Below are positions 51,644-61,346 of a DNA stretch of 64,000 nucleotides, in pieces. Where the stretch lies: assembly GCA_012838995.1 (NCBI GenBank), contig DUOD01000063.1:1383-65382 (forward strand), in the 5' to 3' direction. The notes under the pieces were generated by a model, which saw only the letters and a list, made by a program, of their open reading frames with translations, was not told the origin of the DNA and did not search any database. Within the stretch, counting starts at the first letter, position 1; each line of letters opens with the position of its first letter. The DNA is from Clostridiales bacterium. GTDB taxonomy: Bacteria > Bacillota > Clostridia > DUOD01. The position numbers were made by a program, and so were the translations under genes.

Positions 51644-53623
51644 CTACATTGATTTTTCCAATTCAATTATCCTGTCCCTATACTTGGCCGCCTTTTCGAA
51701 TTCAAGGTTGGCAGCCGCTTCATGCATCCTCTGCTTAAGTTCGTTAATAACTTCTTCCTTGTCTTCAGGGGTAAGCCTATCAACTTCATCATCAATTTTG
51801 TATTTACCTTCCTGCTCTGCCACCGCAACGGCGGTTTCGATTACATCGTATATGTCCTTCTTAATTGTGCGGGGCGTTATGTTATGCTTCCTGTTGTACT
51901 CCATTTGTATGGCCCGCCTTCTGTTGGTTTCATCGATGGCCCTTTTCATGGAATTGGTAATAACGTCGGCGTACATTATAACCTTACCCTCGGCGTTACG
52001 GGCAGCCCGGCCAATGGTCTGGATCAACGAGGTCTCCGATCTTAAAAAACCTTCCTTATCGGCATCCAAAATGGCCACCAAAGATACTTCGGGCAGGTCG
52101 AGGCCCTCCCTTAAAAGGTTAATTCCAACCAAAACATCAAACACACCCTTGCGCAGGTCGCGGATTATTTCCATACGCTCTATGGTGTCTATATCCGAAT
52201 GTAGGTATCTCACCTTTATACCGCTCTCCCTGAAGTAATCGGTCAAGTCTTCGGCCATCTTCTTTGTCAATGTGGTAACAAGCACCCTCTGGTTCTTTGA
52301 TGCCCTGCTTTTAATCTCGCCAAACAGGTGGTCTATCTGCCCCTCAACCGGTCTGACCTCCACTTCCGGGTCCACCAGGCCGGTGGGGCGTATTACCTGT
52401 TCCACCACCTGACCGGAACGCTCCAGTTCATAGGGCCCCGGCGTGGCACTGACACACAATACCTGGTTTATCTTACTTTCAAATTCCTCGAAGGTGAGGG
52501 GCCTGTTATCGTAGGCCGCCGGCAGCCTGAAACCGTATTCTACCAAAGAATCCTTTCTGGATTTATCTCCGGCATACATCGCCCTAATCTGAGGTATGGT
52601 AACATGGGATTCGTCTATTATCATCAAATAATCATCGGGGAAATAATCTATAAGGGTAAAGGCCGGCTGGCCGGGCTGCCGGCCGTCCAAGTACCTGGAA
52701 TAATTCTCTATACCCTGGCAATAACCTATTTCCCGCATCATTTCTATATCGTAATTGGTCCGCTGCAATAGCCGCTGTGCCTCCAGCAGCTTGTTATTGG
52801 CCTTAAAATAGTTCACCCGTTCCTCTAAATCCTTCTCTATTTCCCTAATGGCCCTTTCCAGCCTTTCCTTTGTGGTGGTGTAGTGGGAAGCGGGAAATAT
52901 GGCAGCATGTATCCTATGGTTAAGCACCTCACCGGTTATAACATCTATCTCGGATATCCTGTCTATCTCATCCCCAAAGAATTCTATCCTTATTGCCCTG
53001 TCCGACGAAGAAGCCGGAAACACTTCCAGGACATCCCCCCGTACCCTGAAGGTACCCCTTACGAAATTTATATCGTTTCTGTCATACTGTATATCCACCA
53101 ACTGTCGTATTACATCATCCCGATCCTTTGTCATGCCCGGTCTTAAGGAAACCATTAAATTCTTATAAATATTGGGATCACCAAGACCGTATATGCACGA
53201 CACACTGGCCACGATGATTACATCCCGTCGTTCCAGCAGGGCCGCGGTGGCCGAATGCCTGAGCTTGTCTATCTCATCGTTTATGGAAGCGTCCTTTTCT
53301 ATGTATGTGTCCGAGGAAGGAACATAGGCCTCGGGCTGGTAGTAATCGTAATAGCTGACAAAATACTCCACCGCATTATTGGGGAAAAATTCCCTAAACT
53401 CATTGCACAATTGGGCGGCCAGGGTTTTGTTATGGGCGATAACCAATGTGGGGCGCTGTACCCGTTGTATAACATTGGCCATGGTAAAGGTCTTGCCCGA
53501 ACCGGTAACACCCAGCAACGTCTGGTATTTGTAGTTCTTATTAAGCCCGTCAACCAATTTATCTATGGCCGCCGGCTGGTCACCGGTGGGCTTAAATTTA
53601 GAGTTTATCTCAAACTTTTTCAT
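51644..53623 (-). CDS. uvrB: Excinuclease ABC subunit B
   Basis: [22 protein letters not shown] and QTIGRAARN motifs. Confidence 0.98.
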   Translation of the reverse strand: MKKFEINSKFKPTGDQPAAIDKLVDGLNKNYKYQTLLGVTGSGKTFTMANVIQRVQRPTLVIAHNKTLAAQLCNEFREFFPNNAVEYFVSYYDYYQPEAYVPSSDTYIEKDASINDEIDKLRHSATAALLERRDVIIVASVSCIYGLGDPNIYKNLMVSLRPGMTKDRDDVIRQLVDIQYDRNDINFVRGTFRVRGDVLEVFPASSSDRAIRIEFFGDEIDRISEIDVITGEVLNHRIHAAIFPASHYTTTKERLERAIREIEKDLEERVNYFKANNKLLEAQRLLQRTNYDIEMMREIGYCQGIENYSRYLDGRQPGQPAFTLIDYFPDDYLMIIDESHVTIPQIRAMYAGDKSRKDSLVEYGFRLPAAYDNRPLTFEEFESKINQVLCVSATPGPYELERSGQVVEQVIRPTGLVDPEVEVRPVEGQIDHLFGEIKSRASKNQRVLVTTLTKKMAEDLTDYFRESGIKVRYLHSDIDTIERMEIIRDLRKGVFDVLVGINLLREGLDLPEVSLVAILDADKEGFLRSETSLIQTIGRAARNAEGKVIMYADVITNSMKRAIDETNRRRAIQMEYNRKHNITPRTIKKDIYDVIETAVAVAEQEGKYKIDDEVDRLTPEDKEEVINELKQRMHEAAANLEFEKAAKYRDRIIELEKSM

Positions 53624-53679
53624 ATAATCTCCCCTCAACTTTCATGGTATATAATTATAGCACATTTTCAAAACAATTA

Positions 53680-53691
53680 GAACACCAGTTC
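53680..53691. promoter_or_regulatory. LexA (SOS/Cheo) box upstream of uvrBA
   Basis: GAAC-ACCA-GTTC matches the Firmicutes GAAC-N4-GTTC consensus. Confidence 0.85.
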
Positions 53692-53842
53692 GAATGGAAC
53701 GGGTGCCGCCTAAAGTAGTAGAATAATCGAATTTGGTATATAATAGAACATAAATACTAAGGGAATAAAATACGGATATCCTTCAAAAGAGAATTTTTTA
53801 TATCGATATACACCTTTTTTGTATGGAGAGTGGAGAATATAT

Positions 53843-55594
53843 ATGAAAAATATCCTTCGTTTACTTAAGTTTTCTAAAAAATATTGGCCCATACTGATAA
53901 TAGCAACGGTAAGCCTGTTCATAGTTACCGGGCTTAACCTCGTTTCGCCCCTTGTGGTCCGACGGGTAATCGCAGTTTTAACCGGCGGAAGTGCCAGGAG
54001 TCCTCAGCTTATGGACACCATAAAAAGATCGGCTGTCCTTTTGGCAATTATTTATCTGGCCAGGGCCTTTTTCCAATATCTGTCCAGGTATTTAAACCAC
54101 GTGGCGGCATGGAACGTCGTGTCCGATATGAGGGTAAAACTATACAACCATTTGCAAAAACTCTCCCTGGGCTTTTACCAGGACAAACAAACGGGGCAGC
54201 TGATGTCCAGGATAGCCAACGACACAGCAACCTTTGAATTATTAATCGCCCATGCCATACCCGACCTTATTGTAAACGTCCTGATACTGATAGGCGTTAT
54301 TGTAATAATCTTTATACTGAACTCCACCCTTGCGGTTATGACCTTGATTCCCATACCCCCTTTGGTGTTTTTAGGCCTTGGTTTCATAAGAAAAGTGCTT
54401 CCTTCCTTTAGAAAGGCCCAAAGGACACTGGCGGATTTCAACGCCGTCATTCAAGACAACCTTTCGGGAATAAAGGAAATCCAAGCCTTCAACCAACAAA
54501 AACGGGAGAGCAAAAGGGTGGAAAGGGGTGCCAGAAACTATGCCCGGGCCATCCTGAGGGCCCTTCGTATGAGTGCGGTATTCCACCCGTCGATAGAGTT
54601 GTTGGGGGCTTTGGGCACGGTAATAGTAATAGGTTGGGGTGGAATAATGGGTATAAAAGGAGCAATAAATATCGAGGACTTGGTGGCCTTTCTATTGTAC
54701 CTGGGTATTTTCTACCAGCCCATATACGTGTTGGGCAGAGTGGTGGAAGACCTCCAACACGGTGCGGCCGGTGTGGAAAGGGTGTTTGAAATACTGGATA
54801 CCCAGTCGGATGTAACCGAAATACAAAATCCCATTGCCCTGCCGAGGGCCAAGGGTAAGATAAGCTTTAACAACGTAAGCTTTCAATACACCGATAACAA
54901 GCCGGTGCTGGATAACGTATCCTTTACAATAAACCCGGGGGAAATGGTGGCCTTTGTGGGACCCACCGGCGTGGGCAAAACCACCATCATCAGCCTGCTG
55001 GTAAGGTTTTATGATGTGACGGAGGGCAGTATAACCCTGGACGATATCGACATACGGAATTTGAAGTTGGCAGATCTTAGGAATAACATAAGCATGGTGC
55101 TTCAGGATGTGTTTCTCTTTAACGGCACCGTGGCCGAAAATATTGCATATGGCAGCCAAGGGGCAACCATGGAGGACATAATAAGGGCTGCAAAAATCGC
55201 CCGAGCCCATGATTTCATCGAAAAGCTGCAAGACGGATATGATACCCAAATAGGCGAGAGGGGTTTTAAACTGTCCGGCGGACAGAAACAGCGCCTGTCC
55301 ATAGCCAGGGCAGTGCTACGGGATACACCCATATTGGTACTGGACGAAGCCACCGCTTCGGTGGACGTGGAAACCGAACTGGAAATACAAAGGGCGATAA
55401 ACAATCTGGCCAAAACGAGAACTATATTGGTTGTAGCCCATAGATTATCCACGGTAAAAAAAGCGGACAGGATAATCGTATTAAAGGACGGGAAAATAGC
55501 CGAAATGGGCAACCACAACCGGTTAATGGCCCAGGACGGGCTTTATCGTCGCCTGTGTAATGCACAGCTACTGGATGATGAAAACTTGATTTGA
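53843..55594 (+). CDS. ABC exporter, fused permease/ATPase (MsbA/Sav1866-like)
   Basis: Six-TM domain; GPTGVGKT, LSGGQKQR, LDEAT and AHRLST motifs. Confidence 0.95.
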   Translation: MKNILRLLKFSKKYWPILIIATVSLFIVTGLNLVSPLVVRRVIAVLTGGSARSPQLMDTIKRSAVLLAIIYLARAFFQYLSRYLNHVAAWNVVSDMRVKLYNHLQKLSLGFYQDKQTGQLMSRIANDTATFELLIAHAIPDLIVNVLILIGVIVIIFILNSTLAVMTLIPIPPLVFLGLGFIRKVLPSFRKAQRTLADFNAVIQDNLSGIKEIQAFNQQKRESKRVERGARNYARAILRALRMSAVFHPSIELLGALGTVIVIGWGGIMGIKGAINIEDLVAFLLYLGIFYQPIYVLGRVVEDLQHGAAGVERVFEILDTQSDVTEIQNPIALPRAKGKISFNNVSFQYTDNKPVLDNVSFTINPGEMVAFVGPTGVGKTTIISLLVRFYDVTEGSITLDDIDIRNLKLADLRNNISMVLQDVFLFNGTVAENIAYGSQGATMEDIIRAAKIARAHDFIEKLQDGYDTQIGERGFKLSGGQKQRLSIARAVLRDTPILVLDEATASVDVETELEIQRAINNLAKTRTILVVAHRLSTVKKADRIIVLKDGKIAEMGNHNRLMAQDGLYRRLCNAQLLDDENLI

Positions 55595-55708
55595 TAAAGA
55601 ATATTTTTGTGCAACAGTAAAGGGCAGCTAAGCTGCCCTTTAATTATCATGGCACGACCTAAATGGTCAATACAAATCAGCAAAGTCGAGCTGCCCCTTT
55701 ATATAATA

Positions 55709-56728
55709 TCATGCAGATTCCCTGACCACCAAAGTCGGTTGCAGCAATACCCTGTCATTTTCTACCGTTTTACCTTCTATTATTTTCAAAATCATATTCA
55801 AACCCTGCTGGGCCATGGAATATATAGGCTGGGAAACGGTAGTAAGCCTAGGGGTGACCACCGTGGCCAACGGCACGTCGTCATAGCCGATAACCGCCAC
55901 TTCCTCGGGTATTTTTACCTTAAGTTCTTTAAGCCTTTTAATGACTCCAAGGGCCACCTGGTCGGCGGTAACAAATATGGCCCTTGGCCTACCTTTCCGT
56001 AGTATCCTTTCAACGGCATTGTATCCCATTTTTATCTTGTCATATTGTTTGATCTCGATGTTAAAAAGATCATCGTTTATGGAATATCCAAAATGCTTTA
56101 GGCTGTTTATAAACCCTTCATACCTACGCTGCAAGGCGCTGTGCTGCAACGGCTCACTGATAAAGCCGATGTCCCGCCTTATGCCTATGGAATGAAGGTA
56201 TTCAACCACAAGCCTGCTGCCTTTGTGATTATCCACTTCCACGGAAGGTATATGAATATCCCCAAATTGTCCGCTGCCGTCTATTATAAGTACGGGAGTC
56301 CTGCTGTTTCGTATTTTAAAAAGGGCTTTTTCGTTTAATAATCCGTATCCCAAGATAATACCGGCTACGTGTTGCTGCAACAGATTATTTATGTATAACT
56401 CCTCCAGCTGTTGGTTGTAGGAGGTATTACACAAAAAGGTTATATACCCCTTTTTTCGGGCATTTTCTTCCACCGCCTTGGTCATCTCAGAATAATATCC
56501 GCTTTGGACATCGGGAATCAAAAGACCCAAGGTGTTGGTTTTATTTTGTTTTAAGCTTCTGGCAACGGCATTGGGAACATAGCCCAGCTCGTCTATGGCC
56601 TCTATTACTCTTTTTCTAACCTTTTCGGATATGGGAGCCGTTCCGTTTATAACATGGGAAACGGTCGCTTGGGTAACCCCGGCCCGCTTTGCAACGTCCC
56701 ACATGGTAGGCAGTCTTGATTTTCTCAT
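55709..56728 (-). CDS. LacI-family transcriptional regulator
   Basis: DVAKRAGVTQATVSHVIN HTH; YVPNAVARSL; PRLTTV. Confidence 0.95.
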   Translation of the reverse strand: MRKSRLPTMWDVAKRAGVTQATVSHVINGTAPISEKVRKRVIEAIDELGYVPNAVARSLKQNKTNTLGLLIPDVQSGYYSEMTKAVEENARKKGYITFLCNTSYNQQLEELYINNLLQQHVAGIILGYGLLNEKALFKIRNSRTPVLIIDGSGQFGDIHIPSVEVDNHKGSRLVVEYLHSIGIRRDIGFISEPLQHSALQRRYEGFINSLKHFGYSINDDLFNIEIKQYDKIKMGYNAVERILRKGRPRAIFVTADQVALGVIKRLKELKVKIPEEVAVIGYDDVPLATVVTPRLTTVSQPIYSMAQQGLNMILKIIEGKTVENDRVLLQPTLVVRESA

Positions 56729-56811
56729 GGACTCTCCTCTTTTATTTTGTTATTCATCCAAAGCTTTAACAGCTTGGGTACCAAAGGATCAAACACCGAC
56801 GGTTTTTGGGT

Positions 56812-58233
56812 CTATTTGTTTTCAGCCAGCTTGGTGAACCTGTGGACAATGGCCAAGGCAGGATCCAGCGGCACGTCGACACCCACCGTTCCCTCAGGTA
56901 TATGGATAATGTCTACCTTCTTTAAGGTTTTGCCTTCAAACTGAGGTAGGTAAGCCTTATGGGCTTCAAACATTTCTATTGTCATATCCCTTATTTCCTT
57001 TAAGGTAAGCACGGAGGAAGTTAGGGGGTCCATGGCAATGGCGCTGAACGCCAGTTCGGGATCGCCCTTTAATGCAGCCTCCGCGGCCAGGCTCTGGACG
57101 GTTACATTGCTCTGGTTGAGGGCTGCCAGGTGAGAGGGCAGGTTGCCTATTACTACGGGGTTAAGACCGCTCCTATCGGCATATATGGGTACCTCAACAC
57201 AGCTGTCATAGGGGAGGTTGGTTATATAGCCCCTATTCATTACATTTCCGTTAAATTTAAAAACATTACCCGTTTCCAGCGCCTCTATTACGTATGAACA
57301 ATACTCCTTGCTCCTGGGCTCCAGATCGTCGCTTTCAAAGGATAAAAAGTCCACTTCTTTATACTTCTGGGCAATGGCGTTACACCATTTATAGTACGCA
57401 CCCGACGCACCGCCGAAGTCCGGCTGGTCGCAGTATAAATCCAGCGCCTTTTTATTCTTCCTGAACCAGGGAAGGTATTCGGACAAATGACCGGTGCTCT
57501 CCGTCATAAAATATCCGAAATGCCTCATAACCTCGCAACGAACCTTTTCATTTATGTAATATTCCGGCTTTTCTATATTTTCCCTCAATATGGGGTATAG
57601 ATCCTTGCCGTCCTTTTCCAGTTTCAAGAACCATGCCATATGGTTTATCCCGGCACATACATAATCGATTTCTTCTTTATCAACCCCCACGTAGCGGGCA
57701 ATCAAGTCCAAGGTGGTTTGAACGCCGTGGCATAGACCTACAAAACTGATATTGGATATCCTGCCTATGGCCAGGCACACCGTGGCCATGGGGTTTACAT
57801 AGTTTAATAGAACAGCCTTGGGGCACAGTTCCTCCATTTCCCGTAGCATGTCAACAAATACCGGTATAGTACGCAATGCCCTAAACACACCGCCGGGTCC
57901 TATGCTGTCGGCTATACACTGGTCCACACCGTACTTCATGGGTATTTCATAGTCTATCCTAAAGGCTTCAACCCCGCCGACTTGAAACATGGCGATTACA
58001 TAATCGGCATCCTTCAGCGCCTCTCGTCTGTCGGTGGTAGAATAAACCTTTGCCGGAAGGTTGTTTTTATTAATAACCCTTTTAATGTAGTTCTCCATTT
58101 TCTCCAACTTTTCCATGCTTAGGTCCATAAGAACATAGGTTGAATCCTCCAGGGCCTTTGTCGCCAACATATCATTTAACAATGTTTTACAAAATACGAT
58201 GCTACCCGCTCCAATAATAGCTATTTTGGCCAT
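56812..58233 (-). CDS. melA: GH4 NAD+-dependent glycosidase (alpha-galactosidase MelA-like)
   Basis: IIGAGS, NYVNP, GLCHG, GINHM and TESTGH motifs. ATG at 58233 after GGAGGG. Confidence 0.85.
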   Translation of the reverse strand: MAKIAIIGAGSIVFCKTLLNDMLATKALEDSTYVLMDLSMEKLEKMENYIKRVINKNNLPAKVYSTTDRREALKDADYVIAMFQVGGVEAFRIDYEIPMKYGVDQCIADSIGPGGVFRALRTIPVFVDMLREMEELCPKAVLLNYVNPMATVCLAIGRISNISFVGLCHGVQTTLDLIARYVGVDKEEIDYVCAGINHMAWFLKLEKDGKDLYPILRENIEKPEYYINEKVRCEVMRHFGYFMTESTGHLSEYLPWFRKNKKALDLYCDQPDFGGASGAYYKWCNAIAQKYKEVDFLSFESDDLEPRSKEYCSYVIEALETGNVFKFNGNVMNRGYITNLPYDSCVEVPIYADRSGLNPVVIGNLPSHLAALNQSNVTVQSLAAEAALKGDPELAFSAIAMDPLTSSVLTLKEIRDMTIEMFEAHKAYLPQFEGKTLKKVDIIHIPEGTVGVDVPLDPALAIVHRFTKLAENK

Positions 58234-58324
58234 AATCATCCCTCCATAATATTTAATGTTTTGCTGTTGGGTCTCCTGGATGTGCCGTATCTGAAGTTTT
58301 AATACCGAGCCGGGGAATGGAAAA

Positions 58325-58350
58325 ACTATATTTATACGTATAATTATAGT
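58325..58350. promoter_or_regulatory. Candidate LacI-type operator upstream of the GH4 gene
   Basis: ACTATA-T-TTATACGTATAA-T-TATAGT, a near-perfect 26-bp palindrome with central CG. Confidence 0.6.
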
Positions 58351-58508
58351 TCTACACAATTTAATAAATTCCTTCTAAAAAACAAAAAAATTCTTTTATA
58401 TAAAATTTTTCGAAAAATACCAGAATAAGCTACAATTTTTTGAATATCCATCATATAATTGAAATGGACAATTTATTCTGTTTATTACTTTGTGAAGGGG
58501 TATTAAAA

Positions 58509-59930
58509 GTGAAAAAAAGCATTTCTTGGATAATAATTATCACCATGGTTATGGTAGTATCTATATTAAATGACTGCAAAGCAGCCTTTAAGGATAATAC
58601 CCCACCACCCGCATCGGCCCCTGTCTTGGGCACCCATAACGATATTACCGTTGAAGCGGCGGCAGCGGTATTAATGGAACAAACCACCGGCAAGATATTA
58701 TATTCCAGAAACCCCCATGAAATAATGTACCCGGCCAGCACTACCAAGATATTAACAACGCTGGTGGCACTGGAAAACTCCGACACCCAAGACACGGTAA
58801 CGGTGGGAGAAGAGGTTAAGGCGGTGCCCAACCATAGCACCGTTGCCGGTTTGATACCCGGCCAAACCTATTCCATGTCCGACTTACTGCTGGCGCTGAT
58901 GTTACCCTCGGGCAATGACGCTGCCAATGCCATAGCCGTATACATAGCAAGACGGGTAAAGGATGAATCATTGGATACCGATGAGGCCATGGTGGAATTT
59001 TGTAGAATGATGAACCAAAGGGCCAGGGAGATCGGAGCCTTTAGGTCAAACTTTGTCAATCCCCATGGCTATCACGATAATAACCACTACACAACGGCCT
59101 ATGACTTGGCTTTAATCGCAAGGGAGGCCATGAATAACCCGGCCTTTAGAAGGTTGGTCAGAACACCCCACGCCGTTGTAGAAAAACCCGCCGTCGTGGA
59201 CAAAGCTGCAGAACAGTCCGATACATCGGACCAACCCGACGAAGTTTGTATCCATAGATGGACAAACGGCAACCGGTTATTAAACAGGACCAGCAAGGAT
59301 TACTATTTCCCCTATGCAACCGGCATAAAAACAGGGTTTACCACACCTGCGGGCCATTGCCTGGTTTCATCGGCCTTCAAGGACGGTTTGGAGGTCATAT
59401 CGGTGGTGCTTAAAAGTACCCAGGAAGGCAGATGGGTGGACTCAAGAAAGCTTTTGGAATACGGTCTGAATGATTGTACCTTTCACCAATTATTGAAAAA
59501 AGGTGATATTCTATGCACCCTTAACGTAACAAACCATGCTCAGGATGAACCCGGTCAAGTCAACGTAATAGCAGCCGAGGATTACAGGGATATTTTTGAT
59601 AATGAAGACATACCCAAAATCCAAAGTACCATAGTATGGAACGATGACCTTTTAAAGGATGTTGGGGACAACAGAGAAAACATCCTTTTATCCGCCCCCG
59701 TCTTTAAAGGCCAAAAACTGGGTAGGATAGTATACACCTTGGACAAAGTATTAATCAAACAAATTGACCTTGTCGCCGACCGGGATATAGAGGCAAAATT
59801 GCAACCGGATATGGAAAATACAAACACTTTGCCCCTTGGCAAACACCCCAATACAGTATTTGTTATTGGTTTGCTTATCATTTGCCCCGGAATTTTCTTT
59901 ACGGTGCGTAGGTTGAAAGCCCGTTCTTAA
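58509..59930 (+). CDS. D-alanyl-D-alanine carboxypeptidase (peptidase S11)
   Basis: PASTTK (SxxK), SGNDA (SxN) and KTG motifs; signal peptide; C-terminal TM anchor. Confidence 0.93.
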   Translation: MKKSISWIIIITMVMVVSILNDCKAAFKDNTPPPASAPVLGTHNDITVEAAAAVLMEQTTGKILYSRNPHEIMYPASTTKILTTLVALENSDTQDTVTVGEEVKAVPNHSTVAGLIPGQTYSMSDLLLALMLPSGNDAANAIAVYIARRVKDESLDTDEAMVEFCRMMNQRAREIGAFRSNFVNPHGYHDNNHYTTAYDLALIAREAMNNPAFRRLVRTPHAVVEKPAVVDKAAEQSDTSDQPDEVCIHRWTNGNRLLNRTSKDYYFPYATGIKTGFTTPAGHCLVSSAFKDGLEVISVVLKSTQEGRWVDSRKLLEYGLNDCTFHQLLKKGDILCTLNVTNHAQDEPGQVNVIAAEDYRDIFDNEDIPKIQSTIVWNDDLLKDVGDNRENILLSAPVFKGQKLGRIVYTLDKVLIKQIDLVADRDIEAKLQPDMENTNTLPLGKHPNTVFVIGLLIICPGIFFTVRRLKARS

Positions 59931-60126
59931 CAGTGCGTAGATTAAGTCCTTTTTTTCAATATGCAGGTTTAAGGCCCGTTCATAGCGATACGCAAGCCAA
60001 GAACCCGACGCCAACGATATGCAAGGCTAAGAGCCCGTTCTTAAGAATACGGAAATTGAAAACCCGTTCCTTGCAATACGCAAATTTTAGGTCAGTTCTC
60101 AACGATATGCAGGTTAAGAATCCGAT
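59906..60126. repeat. Degenerate tandem array of about 8 x 29-bp units
   Basis: Units start at 59906, 59935, 59961, 59990, 60019, 60049, 60078 and 60107; approximate consensus AYGCARGTTNARRRCCCGTTCTTARCRAT. Confidence 0.75.
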
Positions 60127-60180
60127 AAAAAATGCGGCCTTTGCACCCACCTTTTGGGCTGTAAAAGGCCGCATTTTTTT
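60127..60180. terminator. Long bidirectional terminator hairpin
   Basis: aaaaaatgcggccttt...aaaggccgcatttttt between convergent genes. Confidence 0.75.
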
Positions 60181-60182
60181 GA

Positions 60183-61283
60183 TTAATTTATATCTTTTAA
60201 ATGCTTGTTGATCTTATAAAGCACCCTGTTATTGAGGTTATCCAGTCTTTCAAAGTCCATGGCATTAACATAGTAGGCCTCTATATCATCGTGTAGTTTC
60301 TTTGCCTGATTCAGTTCGAACACCGCTTCGTCTATCAATATCTGGAAACTTTGCCTTAGCCATTTTATCTTATCCTTGTTGTTTTCATACGTTTGAATGT
60401 CCATGCAACTCAGTAAGTCAATGTCCGTCCGCTCGGTGCCCTCCCATATCCCCACTTCATGGGGGAATTCGCCGTCGGCCAAGGCCACGCTCAACTGGGG
60501 CAGTATAATCATATCCAAATTTTTAGGATTAAAAGCACAGTGGTAATACTGTATATCATACCCGTATTCCAGGGCTTTGTCGGCCACCCTTTGTATGATG
60601 GTAGACTTTCCGGTACCCGCTCCGCCCTTTAACACATAGAGCTTATTTATCCCTGCCAACAGCTCGTTGCAATAACTGACAATGCCATTGTGGGTTATGG
60701 CTCGGGCAAAGGCATGCCTTACCTTTGGAATTTTGTTAAGGCTGCTGGCCAACACTTGGTCGATTATATTATCCGCAATTTGGTTAACACCTTTAAAGTC
60801 CATACCCCTAATATATAATTGTTTAATGACTTCATAGACCGCCTTTGCATTTCTCAGGTAAAAATAAGCGTTTCCATATCTTTCCTTCATGGCGGATGTT
60901 ATGTAAACAATTTTACGTCCGTGCTGAATAAGCTTATCTTCATCCCATATATCCCCGAAATTTATCATCTCATCCACCACCCCGGGGTACATGGGATCGA
61001 TGATATGGGGTGCCGTTCCGTCTACTATGGCAATCCCCGGTTTTCTTATTATTACGCCGTCAAAGGACTGTGTATCCCCCGAACAGCATAAAAGTTCTAT
61101 ATCGTAACCCTTTTCGGTCATTTCCCGACCGATCCTTTTTATAAACGTGGATTTACCGGTGCCCGGGCCACCCTTAATAATAAATATCCTTTTCATATCC
61201 TTTAATATGTCGTTGATGAAAGAGTGGAATCCCTCGACGGTGTTCCCCCCAGGGAAGTAACGGACACTTCTACCCGGCAGCAT
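60183..61283 (-). CDS. PRK06851-like duplicated P-loop ATPase
   Basis: FPGGNT start; two Walker A motifs (GGPGTGKST, GGAGTGKST); DGTAPH. Confidence 0.85.
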   Translation of the reverse strand: MLPGRSVRYFPGGNTVEGFHSFINDILKDMKRIFIIKGGPGTGKSTFIKRIGREMTEKGYDIELLCCSGDTQSFDGVIIRKPGIAIVDGTAPHIIDPMYPGVVDEMINFGDIWDEDKLIQHGRKIVYITSAMKERYGNAYFYLRNAKAVYEVIKQLYIRGMDFKGVNQIADNIIDQVLASSLNKIPKVRHAFARAITHNGIVSYCNELLAGINKLYVLKGGAGTGKSTIIQRVADKALEYGYDIQYYHCAFNPKNLDMIILPQLSVALADGEFPHEVGIWEGTERTDIDLLSCMDIQTYENNKDKIKWLRQSFQILIDEAVFELNQAKKLHDDIEAYYVNAMDFERLDNLNNRVLYKINKHLKDIN

Positions 61284-61346
61284 AAATATTCCTCCTATAA
61301 AAAAATTTATTGATGACTCAATAAATATTCTATGTGCCACCGGTAT

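Noticed and set aside
59906-60126. CRISPR array interpretation of the 29-bp repeats
   Set aside because: Units are directly adjacent with no unique spacers, are highly degenerate, and there are no cas genes in the window.
59933-60211. ORF-track ORFs 59933-60211 (+) and 59980-60174 (-)
   Set aside because: They lie over a repeat with a non-triplet period and the terminator, have no RBS, and are likely spurious.
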